Part shown: one piece after another, positions 1 to 10,370 of the stretch
Numbering within the stretch: position 1 is the stretch's first letter
How the letters are laid out: every line of letters starts with the position of its first letter
Source: Candidatus Bathyarchaeia archaeon
GTDB lineage: Archaea > Thermoproteota > Bathyarchaeia > Bathyarchaeales > Bathycorpusculaceae
Direction of reading: 5' to 3'
NCBI GenBank assembly: GCA_049521795.1
Contig: JBEKOM010000002.1
Coordinates: 64,001 to 128,000, forward strand
DNA: 64,000 bases
The notes under the pieces: generated by a model
The model's database searches: none
What the model was told of the DNA's origin: nothing
What the model saw: the letters and a program-made list of their open reading frames with translations, nothing else
Made by a program: the position numbers and the translations under genes

Positions 1-8
1 GAGTCAGC

Positions 9-2210
9 GTGAAGTGGGACTGGGGGAGCTTCAGAAGCACCGAAGGCTTTCCCGTCGATGACAACCTCATAAAGTGGGCCATCGGACAAGACCAGGCCCT
101 GAAAGAATGTTTCTTATGCTTGGATGAGTGGGTGCACAAGCTGAAGTGGTTAGAAAAGAACAAGTGGTACTCGAACTGGAGCAGTCCTAACGAATCTAAA
201 GCCTCTGTCAAGACGCTGATCAGTCCAGGACCCTATCTCATGCTGCTGGGAGATCCTGGAACAGGGAAATCGCTGATCGGTAGAGCCCTGTCGGAAAAGT
301 TGACGCAGGTGTACAACGAAAACGGCATACGATTGACCGACGCGCTTTGTTGGAAAAACTCGCTGTTGCCCAGCCAACCCAAGGTTTCGATCCACAAGGC
401 GGGTGAAGGAAGGAAGATTGTTCAGAAAGAACAGCTCAAGGACCTCAAGAGGAAATTCGTCACGAGGGTGGGGTTCAAGACTCTGCAGATTTTGATGGTG
501 GCTATGGGCTTGTTCTTGATCAGCCTCGGGTTTTACTTCATCTACCAGGGCTGGGTTACTTGGCAGTCGAACCCGCCTTATTCGGGTCAGACTCTTCAAC
601 AATTTTATGGCAACAGTTTTGTAGATTATCTCATCGCAAAGTTCGTAGGCCTGGTTCCTCTGACTTTCATCCCAGGTGGAAGCTTGGTGTTCTTCGGAGT
701 GTTCATGTGGTGGTTTTCCAAGATGGGGGGGATGTCAAACCTCAAGGGTATCGGAGGCGCCCAACAGTCTGATGCTCCGAAGATGATCGTCGACAACAGT
801 TCTGGCCATGCGCCTTTCATTGACGCGACGGGACACAGAACTGCCCAGCTTTTCGGTTCAATAGCTTGGGATCCGTATCAAACTGGCGGGTTGGGCACTC
901 CTGAGCATCAGAGGGTTAGTGCTGGAGACGTGCACGTGGCGTCTTTGGGGATACTTTACATAGATGAGATAAAGAACCTTGACGCTGAGGAAACCGTAAC
1001 GCTACTGACAGTGCTGGAAGACGGACAGCTGCCGATAACTCTGCGAGGCAGATTCAACGGTGGAGACACGGCGGCAATGGCCGTTTCAACAGAACCCGTT
1101 CCTTCAATAACGTTTCTTGTCGGCGCTGGCAACTTTGACAGCATAGGGCAGATTCATCCTGCTCTCATGGACAGAATATATGGATACGGCAAGGTCGTGC
1201 GGATGAACAACGACATGCCGAACACCATCGAAAACAGGCGCAGGTACGTCCAGTTCATAGCCCAGGAAGTCAAACGCTTCAACCTCATCCCGTTCAACAG
1301 AGACGCATGCGAAGAAATAGTTGAGGAAGGCAGACGCAGAAGCGACAAAAAATACGCGTTAACAACAAAGTTCAGACCGTTGATTTCGATAATTAAGACC
1401 GCATCGACGCTGGCGATGAACGAGAATGCGACGATCGTAGAAAGAAGACACGTGATTGAAGCCGTTGAACAGCATTGTAAGACTATCCAGAGGCAGATAC
1501 TCGAGCACAGCATGCAAGAAAGAGGGAAGCTCCTGGAGATCGAACCAACGGGAGCTAAGCTGGGACAAATCTACGGTCTAGCAGTTGTTCAAGACCCCTA
1601 CAGCGGTGAAATGACGGGCAGCGTGTTGAACGTGAAAGCCCAAATGGTCAAGAGAAGCTCGCTTGCAAGAGACTACTCTTTCAAAGGATACTACAAAGTG
1701 ACGGGAGCCGCCAAAGGTCAGAGCTTCATTTCAGACAGCATAGCCAAAGTCAGAAGCGTGATTCTGCAGAAGTACGGCGTGGACATCGCGCAGGACTATC
1801 TCACCCACATCGACTTTGCGCAGTCTTACGGCATAGATGGACCATCAGCGGGCGTTACTATGGCGATTCTTCTGTGCTCACTCATCGAGGGAAAACCGAT
1901 AAGACAGGATGTCGCGGTCACCGGAGAAATCAACCTTGGCGTTGGAGAATCCATTCAGGTAACGGCCGTCGGAGGCGTCTACGAGAAGATCAAGTCCGCC
2001 GAAGCATGGGGGCTCAAAAAAGTTGTCATTCCGCAAAAAAACTATGAGAATTCCATCGACGTCAGGGACTATAAGATTGAAGTCGCTCCTGCGGCGACCT
2101 TGGACGACTATTTGAAGGCGTGTCTCGTTGAGACGCCTGTGCTCAAGGTTCCAGGCCAAGCTTGGAGGCGCAACGTGCGGGCTAACGCTACGAGAAGCGC
2201 CAGAATGTAG
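9..2210 (+). CDS. lonB: Membrane-anchored archaeal Lon protease (LonB)
   Basis: Walker A GDPGTGKS, two TM segments inserted in the AAA+ domain, Walker B LYIDE, catalytic Ser in DGPSAG and Lys in GGVYEKI. The frame is open to the window edge, so the true start may lie upstream. Confidence 0.95.
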   Translation: MKWDWGSFRSTEGFPVDDNLIKWAIGQDQALKECFLCLDEWVHKLKWLEKNKWYSNWSSPNESKASVKTLISPGPYLMLLGDPGTGKSLIGRALSEKLTQVYNENGIRLTDALCWKNSLLPSQPKVSIHKAGEGRKIVQKEQLKDLKRKFVTRVGFKTLQILMVAMGLFLISLGFYFIYQGWVTWQSNPPYSGQTLQQFYGNSFVDYLIAKFVGLVPLTFIPGGSLVFFGVFMWWFSKMGGMSNLKGIGGAQQSDAPKMIVDNSSGHAPFIDATGHRTAQLFGSIAWDPYQTGGLGTPEHQRVSAGDVHVASLGILYIDEIKNLDAEETVTLLTVLEDGQLPITLRGRFNGGDTAAMAVSTEPVPSITFLVGAGNFDSIGQIHPALMDRIYGYGKVVRMNNDMPNTIENRRRYVQFIAQEVKRFNLIPFNRDACEEIVEEGRRRSDKKYALTTKFRPLISIIKTASTLAMNENATIVERRHVIEAVEQHCKTIQRQILEHSMQERGKLLEIEPTGAKLGQIYGLAVVQDPYSGEMTGSVLNVKAQMVKRSSLARDYSFKGYYKVTGAAKGQSFISDSIAKVRSVILQKYGVDIAQDYLTHIDFAQSYGIDGPSAGVTMAILLCSLIEGKPIRQDVAVTGEINLGVGESIQVTAVGGVYEKIKSAEAWGLKKVVIPQKNYENSIDVRDYKIEVAPAATLDDYLKACLVETPVLKVPGQAWRRNVRANATRSARM

Positions 2211-2392
2211 CACCCGGACTGATTTTTCAGCCACGTCTTACACCTCCTCGGAAATTCTTCATTTTTCTTGGCTAGACTCTTCCGATTCCTCACGTCGTCA
2301 TGTTCTCAGTATACGTAGCCACAGGCTCAATACTTTTTTATGTCTAGGTTTACCAACAATACTCTGCAGTCGCCTGCAAGAAGAGGCTTCGG

Positions 2393-2824
2393 ATGATGAG
2401 GAAGGTCGACAAAGACGCGATTCGCAGATGGCGTAAAAGAGGTTTTTACAGCGAAAACGCTCTGGTGAAGCTTCTTCAGAAGAACGGCTACAATTCTGTG
2501 CGAGTTCCAGTGAGCAACCCGAGCCTCAACCCCTTGCCAGACATTATGGCCAGAAGAGGCTTGGACATGTACGCCTTCGAGGTCAAGAACGCAGGATACT
2601 ATGCTTACTTCCCCAAACAGCAGGTCGAAAAACTCTTCAGGTTTCTCAACGAGCTCATCCCCACGGATAATGAGCATAAACATGCCGTGCTCGCTGCTCA
2701 TCTAGGCAAGAAATGGATCTTTAAGGAAATAGGCTGGAGAGACTACGAGAAGGGAAAACTTCAAGAGAAGGTAAGGATTCTGAAGCGCGACAGAGGAAAC
2801 ATCGACGTGACAAGAGGAGGATGA
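2393..2824 (+). CDS. hjc: Holliday junction resolvase Hjc-like PD-(D/E)XK nuclease
   Basis: RGFYSENALVKLL..GY..VRVP..S...PDIMA...AFEVK matches the Hjc motif order. Confidence 0.75.
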   Translation: MMRKVDKDAIRRWRKRGFYSENALVKLLQKNGYNSVRVPVSNPSLNPLPDIMARRGLDMYAFEVKNAGYYAYFPKQQVEKLFRFLNELIPTDNEHKHAVLAAHLGKKWIFKEIGWRDYEKGKLQEKVRILKRDRGNIDVTRGG

Positions 2825-3519
2825 TTGAAATGAAGACTTCCGAAGCAGCTGTCCAGGCTTCTGTCCTCTGTAAAACATACGAGACGACCGATTCAAAAGT
2901 CGAAGTCTTAAAAGGCTTAGACTTGAAGGTCGGAGAGGGCGAATTCACGGTTGTTGGTGGTCCCTCAGGTTCGGGGAAGACAACACTCCTTAACATAATC
3001 GGTGGGATCGACAAGCCGACGAGCGGAAAAATCGTTGTGTTTTCGGAGGATCTGGCGGCAAGAGACGAAGATTTCTTGGCCAACTTTAGATGTACGAAGG
3101 TCGGCTTCGTCTTTCAGTCCTACAACCTAGTTTCAACTCTTACCGTGGCCGAAAATGTCGCGTTCCCAATGGAGTGGCTGAGGAAACCTGAAGATCAGAT
3201 AAAGAAGCTCGTCGACGAGCTCTTAGAAGTTGTGGGCCTCCAGCAGAGGTCAGAGCACTTTCCGTTTCAGCTCAGCGGCGGTGAGCAGCAACGCGTCGCC
3301 TTTGCTCGTGCATTAGCCAACAACCCACCGTTGCTTCTGATTGACGAACCCACTGGAAACCTGGACAAGAAAACAAGTGCCAAGATCGTGCAAATATTAC
3401 AGACTTTGAAAAATGAGGGAAAAACAATCATTGTTGCCACTCACGACGAAGGGATCTTCAAGCTGGCAGGCCAAAAGCTTTGGTTAGAAGACGGGAAGCT
3501 GATGACTCAGAATGAGTGA
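2821..3519 (+). CDS. ABC transporter ATP-binding protein (LolD/MacB type)
   Basis: [43 protein letters not shown]. Confidence 0.95.
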   Translation: MIEMKTSEAAVQASVLCKTYETTDSKVEVLKGLDLKVGEGEFTVVGGPSGSGKTTLLNIIGGIDKPTSGKIVVFSEDLAARDEDFLANFRCTKVGFVFQSYNLVSTLTVAENVAFPMEWLRKPEDQIKKLVDELLEVVGLQQRSEHFPFQLSGGEQQRVAFARALANNPPLLLIDEPTGNLDKKTSAKIVQILQTLKNEGKTIIVATHDEGIFKLAGQKLWLEDGKLMTQNE

Positions 3520-5374
3520 AACAGCCTTTCCGGTTAATGACCTGCTTCGAAGGAAGCTCCAGACAACTCTGGTCGTTGTGAGTCTGGCGTTGTCCGTCGC
3601 CTCGACCCTTTTCCTACTTCTTTTTGCAGAAAGGATCGGGTTCAGCGTTTCCCTGATGGTTGAGGGCAAACTGACGGCTGGCTTTTCCGCTGTCTTCTCC
3701 CCTTTCATCCTGTTACTGGTCGTTTTGATTCTCATTGCCGGCACGGTCATGGTGTCTTTCATGACTTCTTTGATGATTTCTCGGAGGATAAAGGACATTG
3801 GACTCATGAAGGCGGCGGGGTGTCCAAACGACTTGGTATTCGGCTATTTTCTCACCGAACTATTAGTCGTCATCTTTTCTGGCTGTTTTTTGGGGATCTT
3901 GCTGGGGTTATTGGCTGATTTTGCTTCAACGAGTGTTTTCGGTGGCCTCGGTCTTCAGACGTCTCAGGTTCCGTTAGACTTGTGGCTGGTTCTTGGCGTG
4001 TTCGCCTTGTACTTTGTCATCGCATTGGTTGTCGGTGCCAAACCCGTTTATAGCGCTTCAAGGGTTGAGCCTGCTAAGGCACTTTCACCAACGTACTACC
4101 TTGGACTGGGCAAGGGGTCGAGTTTTAAGGTGCTTTCAAAGTCAGGTCTGGCCTTCAGAGTTGCGCTGAGAAGCCTCATACGTCACAAGTCTGCGACTGT
4201 CAAGATTGTGGTCTGCCTGAGCATTGTCTTCACGCTTCTCACCGTCGGCGTTGCAGGAGGGTTGATAGCCGATCAGACCACGGAGAGCTGGGTTGAAAAA
4301 GCCATAGGCAGGAACACAGTTTTGATCGCGCATCAAGACATGGGCAAGCAGTACGAGCTGCTGCTGAAGGAATTCTATGAAGGAAGCACCGCTACACAGT
4401 TCAATTACACGGATGAAAGATTTGTCATACCTGAGAATCTCCTTAAGAATCTCTCCTCTTCGTACGGGAATAACCGTATCGATCCACGCATCGTTCTTGA
4501 AGCGCCCGTGACAGAAGTTGAAGGATATGTCTATGGGGAGAGCTCCGCGAACATGACGACCGTTGGAGATTCTCGTACGGGGCAGTCTCTCTTGGTGGGC
4601 GTCGAACCCGGAAGTGTGTTGAATGACTGGGTTCTGGATGGCAGTTTCCTGAACGCGACCTGGCAGGCCGTCGTGGGTGATACTCTCTCCAAGAATTTGT
4701 TCTCTGACCCATTGGTTCAAGGGTTGAGAGTGCTTGGCAGAAGTCTCACCGTCGTCGGTGTTTGCCTTGATCCCATCAACAACGGGAAAGTTGCTTACGT
4801 ATCCTTCCAGACGCTGCAGAACGCATCAGGCGTGCTGGGACCAAACGTTGTACTGCTGAAACCCGACCCATCGGTTGACAGAACAGTTTTCTTGAATCAA
4901 TTAAGGGCGACTGTGAACGCCGTGAACCCGGAATTTGGGGTCTTTGACCTCAACGAGGTGTTGGACAAGAGCCTCGGCTTCGTGGGCTACACGTGGTCCA
5001 CGGTGATGATTCTGCCCTTATTCTCCCTGGTCGCGGCTTCACTCTGTTTAGTGGGCTATGTGATGCTGGCCGTGGATGAGCAACGCCAAGAATTCGGTGT
5101 TCTAAGGGCTGTAGGAGCAAAGCCCAGCATGGTTCTCAACGTCGTTTCTGGACAGAGCCTACTTGTCCTGCTGTCAAGCTACGGCGTCGGGATAGCCTTC
5201 GGCATAATCGCCACTTTGCTGATCTTGGTTCAAGAACCGCTTGTCACGGTCTACACTGTCTTCGAGATCTCGGGGTTGCTGACGGTTGCCTTGATAGCAA
5301 CGTTCGTTTCAAGCCTTTACCCTGCCCTAAGATTTGCGAGGAAGCCTTTGCTAGAGATGATGAGGCAAACATGA
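3512..5374 (+). CDS. FtsX/MacB-family ABC permease (two FtsX repeats)
   Basis: Multiple TM helices; RRIKDIGLMKAAG and QRQEFGVLRAVGA FtsX motifs; overlaps the ATPase gene. Confidence 0.9.
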   Translation: MSETAFPVNDLLRRKLQTTLVVVSLALSVASTLFLLLFAERIGFSVSLMVEGKLTAGFSAVFSPFILLLVVLILIAGTVMVSFMTSLMISRRIKDIGLMKAAGCPNDLVFGYFLTELLVVIFSGCFLGILLGLLADFASTSVFGGLGLQTSQVPLDLWLVLGVFALYFVIALVVGAKPVYSASRVEPAKALSPTYYLGLGKGSSFKVLSKSGLAFRVALRSLIRHKSATVKIVVCLSIVFTLLTVGVAGGLIADQTTESWVEKAIGRNTVLIAHQDMGKQYELLLKEFYEGSTATQFNYTDERFVIPENLLKNLSSSYGNNRIDPRIVLEAPVTEVEGYVYGESSANMTTVGDSRTGQSLLVGVEPGSVLNDWVLDGSFLNATWQAVVGDTLSKNLFSDPLVQGLRVLGRSLTVVGVCLDPINNGKVAYVSFQTLQNASGVLGPNVVLLKPDPSVDRTVFLNQLRATVNAVNPEFGVFDLNEVLDKSLGFVGYTWSTVMILPLFSLVAASLCLVGYVMLAVDEQRQEFGVLRAVGAKPSMVLNVVSGQSLLVLLSSYGVGIAFGIIATLLILVQEPLVTVYTVFEISGLLTVALIATFVSSLYPALRFARKPLLEMMRQT

Positions 5375-5396
5375 CCCATTCATACGAAGAGCGATC

Positions 5397-6113
5397 TCAC
5401 TGAAGGCTGTTTCTTCCATAATCTTTCAGGCCATTTGCAGTCAGGCAAAACAACGAGTCCGTGTATGCTGGCAGCTGATTCAAAAAATCCTGCAGCTGAA
5501 GAACTGGAACCACGGGAACTCCCTTGTAGAATTTGAACTTGTCGAAGGTGAGAGACAAGACAGCAGGCACAAACTTTGCGGTGCCGCAAAAAAGGAATTC
5601 GATCTTTAATGAAGGATTTGGCAACGACATAACCAGCGCCCGCGTTCGTTCTGTCTGTTGCTCAGCAATCTTCTCTGCTGCTGACCTCTGTAGTCCATGG
5701 TGCCAGTGTTTGCAGTCCAAACAAACGACTATCGGACTCTTCCAGCCGACGATGTCCATTTCCCATCTGCGACCACCATGCTTAAAGTGGAAATTCCTCA
5801 CCACAGTGTAACCGTTGCTCTCCAACGCAACCGCGGCCATACCTTCAAACTCTTTCCACTGAAGAAAACCGCTCACTGTTTCAAGGTCGCTACCTGATCT
5901 TAGCGCGTGAACAGCCAATCGAAGGCGCTGAGCGCTGCTAACCTCCACCATGCTCCCACGAAGATAAACAAGACCATCACTTTGCAGTTTTCGAAGCAAT
6001 TCCCCTACGAGACTTGCCGGGAGCCTCGACTCCGAATTGATTACTTCTTGTAAAACAGGCCCGTCTCTTGTCAACTTCAATATTGAAATCAACAAGTCGC
6101 CTTCAATGTTCAC
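5397..6113 (-). CDS. wHTH plus Mrr/restriction-endonuclease-like PD-(D/E)XK protein
   Basis: WKEFEGMAAVALESNGY...EMDIVG...LDCKHW; N-terminal HTH-like segment. Confidence 0.7.
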   Translation of the reverse strand: MNIEGDLLISILKLTRDGPVLQEVINSESRLPASLVGELLRKLQSDGLVYLRGSMVEVSSAQRLRLAVHALRSGSDLETVSGFLQWKEFEGMAAVALESNGYTVVRNFHFKHGGRRWEMDIVGWKSPIVVCLDCKHWHHGLQRSAAEKIAEQQTERTRALVMSLPNPSLKIEFLFCGTAKFVPAVLSLTFDKFKFYKGVPVVPVLQLQDFLNQLPAYTDSLFCLTANGLKDYGRNSLQ

Positions 6114-6383
6114 GGTCGGCCCCCCAGCATTTCACATGAGGGTGTCTAAGAATCGCCCAGCCAAGCATCCACTTAAAAGCTTTGCGGCGCACAACACACC
6201 GTTGAGCAAACGATGTTCACCTTTATTCCTGCCTCTTCCGTCCATTCCCGAGCCCGTGCTGGTGACTATGAAACTGGTTCTGACAAGTCAAATCTAAAGA
6301 TGCACCTGAGGGTCCTAGAGATTCTGGAGGCTAACCATATGAGGTCGTAATGATCGGCGATGGGCGCGCGCAGTCGACGTGGC

Positions 6384-7001
6384 TTATGAACGTTTGAGCA
6401 TGGCTTCCGCTTTCTTCAGGTCTAGGGCGGTGTTGATGTTGAAGAACGTTCTCAGCCGCGGGTCCAATTGCTCGAGGACCAGGGTCGAGACGTAACGTAC
6501 CCTTGGTAGCTTATCTACCATCGCCTGCAGGTTCAATTTGCCCGAAAGCAGGGCGTTTCTGGCGGCTTCCAACGCAGGTCTCGTACAGTATGCTGCCTGC
6601 AGAGGCTCTATGTAGCAGTTCGGCCATCGAGGGACAGCTGCGTTTCTGTTTATGCACAGTTCTAGCAGAAGATGGAGAATGTCCCTAGAAACGAATGGCG
6701 TGTCGCATGGGAGGAGAAGCGAATACTTCCCTTGTGCGCGTTCAAGGCCTGTTGTTGCACCTGCCAGCGGGCCGTGGACTTCAGCGTCTTCAACGAGAAC
6801 GTTGGCGTCTCCACCCAGGACATTTGAATATCTCTCAGCCTGAACCTTTGAGCTTACAACCACCAGTCTTTCGTCAACGAGGTCTTTCGTCTTCTCCATA
6901 ACGTGTTTTACAAGAGGTCTGTTCAACAATTGAACGAGTCCCTTGTCTTGGCCTAGCCTGCTGGAAACCCCGCCTGCCAATATGATTGCTGATCTTTCCA
7001 A
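6384..7001 (-). CDS. mobA: Molybdenum cofactor guanylyltransferase
   Basis: ILAGGVSSRLGQDKG, GPLAG, PCDTPF, EPLQAAY, FFNINT. Confidence 0.92.
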   Translation of the reverse strand: MERSAIILAGGVSSRLGQDKGLVQLLNRPLVKHVMEKTKDLVDERLVVVSSKVQAERYSNVLGGDANVLVEDAEVHGPLAGATTGLERAQGKYSLLLPCDTPFVSRDILHLLLELCINRNAAVPRWPNCYIEPLQAAYCTRPALEAARNALLSGKLNLQAMVDKLPRVRYVSTLVLEQLDPRLRTFFNINTALDLKKAEAMLKRS

Positions 7002-7276
7002 TAATGAGTGGTCTCCGTCACCGCTGTAAGGTTCTTAACGTATCCGTTCGGTTGTATAAGTTTTTTGCGTGAAATATTTCTTAACTGAAATGAAGCATCT
7101 AGGCTGACACTTTATTGCTTATGAGATAGTGTAAAAACGATGTCAGATAGCCTCAGAAGTGAAGAAACTTGGTCGCATGATCTGCAACAGGCCGCGGAGA
7201 GAAGGAATATGAAAAGTGCAGAGATTGTATAATTCACTATTTGTTGAACAGAATAGCGGCATGATAGAGAGGAGAA

Positions 7277-8059
7277 TCAGTTCATGTCCTCTATTTTGTT
7301 TGCCATCTCGCCTAGGATTCTGGTGAAGGGATGGTCTGGTTTGTCTTGGGCGAAAATGACTCCTCCCTCAGCCTTCAGGACATCGCAGAAGCACGGAACT
7401 ATCCCTAGAAGCGGAACCTGATATACTTCCTTAAGCTTTGTCTTCACGTCGTCTTTTCCACTTCTCAAGGATCCGTCTAAGACTTTGTTCAGGACGATTT
7501 CGGTTTTTTTCTCAAACAGGTCGTACAGCTCTCTCAGCATGCGTCGCGTTCCATCCACGTCTGACCGGTCGAATGTTGTTGCAACGAGGACAAGGTCCGC
7601 GCTGACTATCGCGTTTATGGATGAGTATTGCAATCCAGGACTTGTGTCGAGTATCAAGTAGTCGAAACTTTTGTCGTTTAAGAGCGAAGTCCTCAGAGCA
7701 AGGAGTCTTCCCAATGCCCGCATCTCCCACTTTCTATCTTTTGCAGACATGTCCCTGATCGCTTCGGTGGACGGGTTGGCAAAACCTACGAAGAGTTTGC
7801 CGCTGTTGCCGATCCTGTCGCTTAGATCCATTACGACTTTGTTGATCTCGCACACTGCGTTAAGATAATCGTTTAACCAGCACTCAGCTTTGTCGATCTT
7901 CAGCAGTGTAGAAAGGCTTGGAGCACGGAAGTCAAGGTCAAGCAAGCAAACACGCTTTCCGTGCTTAGCAAGAGTTGCAGCCAAATTGACTGAAAGAAGC
8001 GTTTTCCCAGTTCCGCCCTTATATGAGTGCACAGCTAATATTTTACCCATGACGATCAC
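7277..8059 (-). CDS. MinD/ParA-family ATPase
   Basis: Deviant Walker A HSYKGGTGKT, LDLDFRAPSL, ILDTSPG, VLNK. Confidence 0.9.
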   Translation of the reverse strand: MIVMGKILAVHSYKGGTGKTLLSVNLAATLAKHGKRVCLLDLDFRAPSLSTLLKIDKAECWLNDYLNAVCEINKVVMDLSDRIGNSGKLFVGFANPSTEAIRDMSAKDRKWEMRALGRLLALRTSLLNDKSFDYLILDTSPGLQYSSINAIVSADLVLVATTFDRSDVDGTRRMLRELYDLFEKKTEIVLNKVLDGSLRSGKDDVKTKLKEVYQVPLLGIVPCFCDVLKAEGGVIFAQDKPDHPFTRILGEMANKIEDMN

Positions 8060-8448
8060 TCCTTGTTTTCCCTGTCTACGAAGAAGTATGCCTTTCTTCC
8101 ATTCCTCTCCTTCTTAAGGTGGCCCATTATCACGAGCTGGTTCAAGTACGCGCTTTCCACAGCTCTCGCCCTCTTCGTTTGTTCAGCGACCTCGTCTGCC
8201 GTAGCTCTGCCCAACCTGCAAACAGTCATAGCAGTTTTTCTCAGGTGGTCAGGCATCGAAAGCAAAGTCATAACGTCCAGAGGGACGTCTGCCAGTGGCT
8301 GTTCAATGTCTTTTCTATCATGCTTCTGCAGTTCAATCATAACTTCCACTTTCTCGTTCAACCTTTCAAGGTTGTCTCTGATCTTTTCCAGAACCTGCAG
8401 AGGCTTTTTCGCTAGAACTTCTTCCTTGGACAAGGTGTCTTTCCTCAA
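8056..8448 (-). CDS. Coiled-coil plus winged-HTH transcriptional regulator
   Basis: ATADEVAEQTKRARAVESAYLNQLVIMGHLKKERNGRKAYF is a wHTH; 4-nt overlap with the MinD gene. Confidence 0.8.
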   Translation of the reverse strand: MRKDTLSKEEVLAKKPLQVLEKIRDNLERLNEKVEVMIELQKHDRKDIEQPLADVPLDVMTLLSMPDHLRKTAMTVCRLGRATADEVAEQTKRARAVESAYLNQLVIMGHLKKERNGRKAYFFVDRENKE

Positions 8449-8688
8449 CGCGTCTTAAGTGCGTACAGCATGATTAAAGAGAAGGCAGTTTATTAAGTCT
8501 TACGAAACAATGATAATGATTAACAAGACAATCCACGACAGACGTCAACGATTCTGATAAGTTTTCTAACGGCGTCCTTAGAGGGATGTTCTCTCTGAGC
8601 GGATCGATGACGTGCGGCGTGTGATGTCAATCAATGGCTCCGAGCATCAAGAAAACGAAAACTCTAACAAAAAAGTTGGGGAGGTAGC

Positions 8689-8985
8689 CTAATAGGGCAC
8701 TGGGACGCGGTTTCTAAGCTCTTCTTCAAGTATCGGCAGGACCTGCTTCAACTCTCTGAAGTACTTGAGCACTGTTATGCCTCTCTGGGTTACGGCGTAG
8801 ACGATGCGTCGCTTCCCCACCATTCGTTCTTCAACGAGGTTCTGCTTGATGAGGAAGTCCAAGTATTCCTTCAGAACACTACAGTTAACGTTAGCCTTGT
8901 ACATTATGTGAGTCAGTTTCAACGGGCCTCGATGAGCCAATACCTTGAGTATGTCTATGTACATCTCAAGTTTGGAACGTCTCAT
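8689..8985 (-). CDS. Archaeal winged-helix DNA-binding protein (HTH_45-like)
   Basis: RRSKLEMYIDILKVL..LTHIMYKANVN..YLDFLIKQNLV..YAVTQRG; SD-like GAGGT upstream. Confidence 0.88.
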   Translation of the reverse strand: MRRSKLEMYIDILKVLAHRGPLKLTHIMYKANVNCSVLKEYLDFLIKQNLVEERMVGKRRIVYAVTQRGITVLKYFRELKQVLPILEEELRNRVPVPY

Positions 8986-9072
8986 TGTCTAAACCTCTTT
9001 TTTGTCATGTTATCTCTCTCCATATAAAGGTTTTATGGATTCAAGCTAAGTCTTTTCTGTAAATAGTCTCCG

Positions 9073-9270
9073 TTAGTAGCTCCTTTTCGCCTGTGCTCGA
9101 ATTAACACGTTCATTCTATTTTGGAACGCCGTGACCAGGTCGTCTAGCAATATTCGTTGCAATTCTGCCGAGAGTCCTTTGACGTTTCTCTTGAAAACCT
9201 TGGCCATTTTGTTTTCCAGTTCCCTTCTTTCTTTAAGAGTCAATGCTTTTTTCAAAGGGCTTTCCTCCAT
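9073..9270 (-). CDS. Small hypothetical helical protein
   Basis: ATG start, plausible amphipathic helices, co-oriented with neighbours. Confidence 0.6.
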   Translation of the reverse strand: MEESPLKKALTLKERRELENKMAKVFKRNVKGLSAELQRILLDDLVTAFQNRMNVLIRAQAKRSY

Positions 9271-9738
9271 TGTTTACGCACACGATAAGCCTTTGGTACT
9301 TAACTGTCTTATGAATTGAAAATGTGAATTCACAATTCATGTTCGAAGATGGCCTAACGAGCTTGTCGTATCCTGTTTTGGAAGGTTTCAATGTTGTCTT
9401 TCGGCCCTCGACAAGATGTTCACGAGAACGGTAGATGGTCATGCCAACATTCTTGGCATGCGTAGCCTGTGTGTTTTTGTGGATGGAGAAGGTTATGAAG
9501 ACGCAATCTGCAGTTCTTTGTGCGATAAACCGATTCAGTGGTGTCAAACTTTTTATTTCCAGTTTCACTACTGTTCTCTTGCCGGATGATGAAAAGGCAT
9601 TAGATTGACACATAGGATGAAAGCTCAGAGTTACTCGGACGGCAACATGTGAGAGCCTTCCAGAAAAACATAATGAACCTCACATCGTTGAACTCACACT
9701 GTTGAACAGTTTCTATTATGTCATCACGGAGGACCACT

Positions 9739-10296
9739 TCAGATAGTTTCATTCATGTTCATACGGTAATTCTCTGTGACATTCAGAATCTGTTTCTGTG
9801 CGATCATGTAGACCAGGTTCACATCCTTGTTCCATTCCAGAGCGTACATCGTTGGGCAGTTGATCCTCTTCTCGGTGGGATCGACGTGCATCCAGATGCT
9901 CTCGATGAGAATTTCGTTCCAAACGTGGTCTCCAGCTACCTTCTTCGATTTCTCTTGAAGTACAGAGCAATCTATCACTATACGTGTTTGATACCCAGTC
10001 GCTAGCAACAATCCGTTGTAGAGCAAGGCAAACTCTCCGCACCTGCCCTTGGCTTGAACGATTATGTCAATCGGCATTTCTGCTCTTGGTTTAGGCAATT
10101 CTTCCTTGGCGTATTCAAGATGTCGATGCTCCCAAGTCAACAGCTGCTTCCAGTCTAGCGCTTCAACAGGGTCATGTAAGACAGCCTCTGCGTAGATGCG
10201 CAGTTCTTGTTCATACTCGGGTGTCGCCATCCTGTCGAAGCGTTGCCTGTAGACCTTGACTATTCCTGGATACTCAAGCTCGGGAATCCTTTGCAT
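9739..10296 (-). CDS. Transglutaminase-fold, peptide:N-glycanase (PNGase)-like protein
   Basis: GRCGEF (Cys), DHVWNE (His), WMHVDP (Asp) triad in PNGase order; start set at the ATG at 10296. Confidence 0.75.
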   Translation of the reverse strand: MQRIPELEYPGIVKVYRQRFDRMATPEYEQELRIYAEAVLHDPVEALDWKQLLTWEHRHLEYAKEELPKPRAEMPIDIIVQAKGRCGEFALLYNGLLLATGYQTRIVIDCSVLQEKSKKVAGDHVWNEILIESIWMHVDPTEKRINCPTMYALEWNKDVNLVYMIAQKQILNVTENYRMNMNETI

Positions 10297-10370
10297 GAAG
10301 ATCAAATGGCAACGATAACGAACACTGCTTTTCAACCTTGTTTACTTGAAATCCAGATTTCGCGCAGGGG

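Noticed and set aside
7140-7232. 30-codon ORF MSDSLRSEETW...
   Set aside because: No recognisable motif or clear translation signal.
9586-9640. C/D box sRNA candidate starting ATGATGA
   Set aside because: No terminal CTGA D box at a suitable distance.
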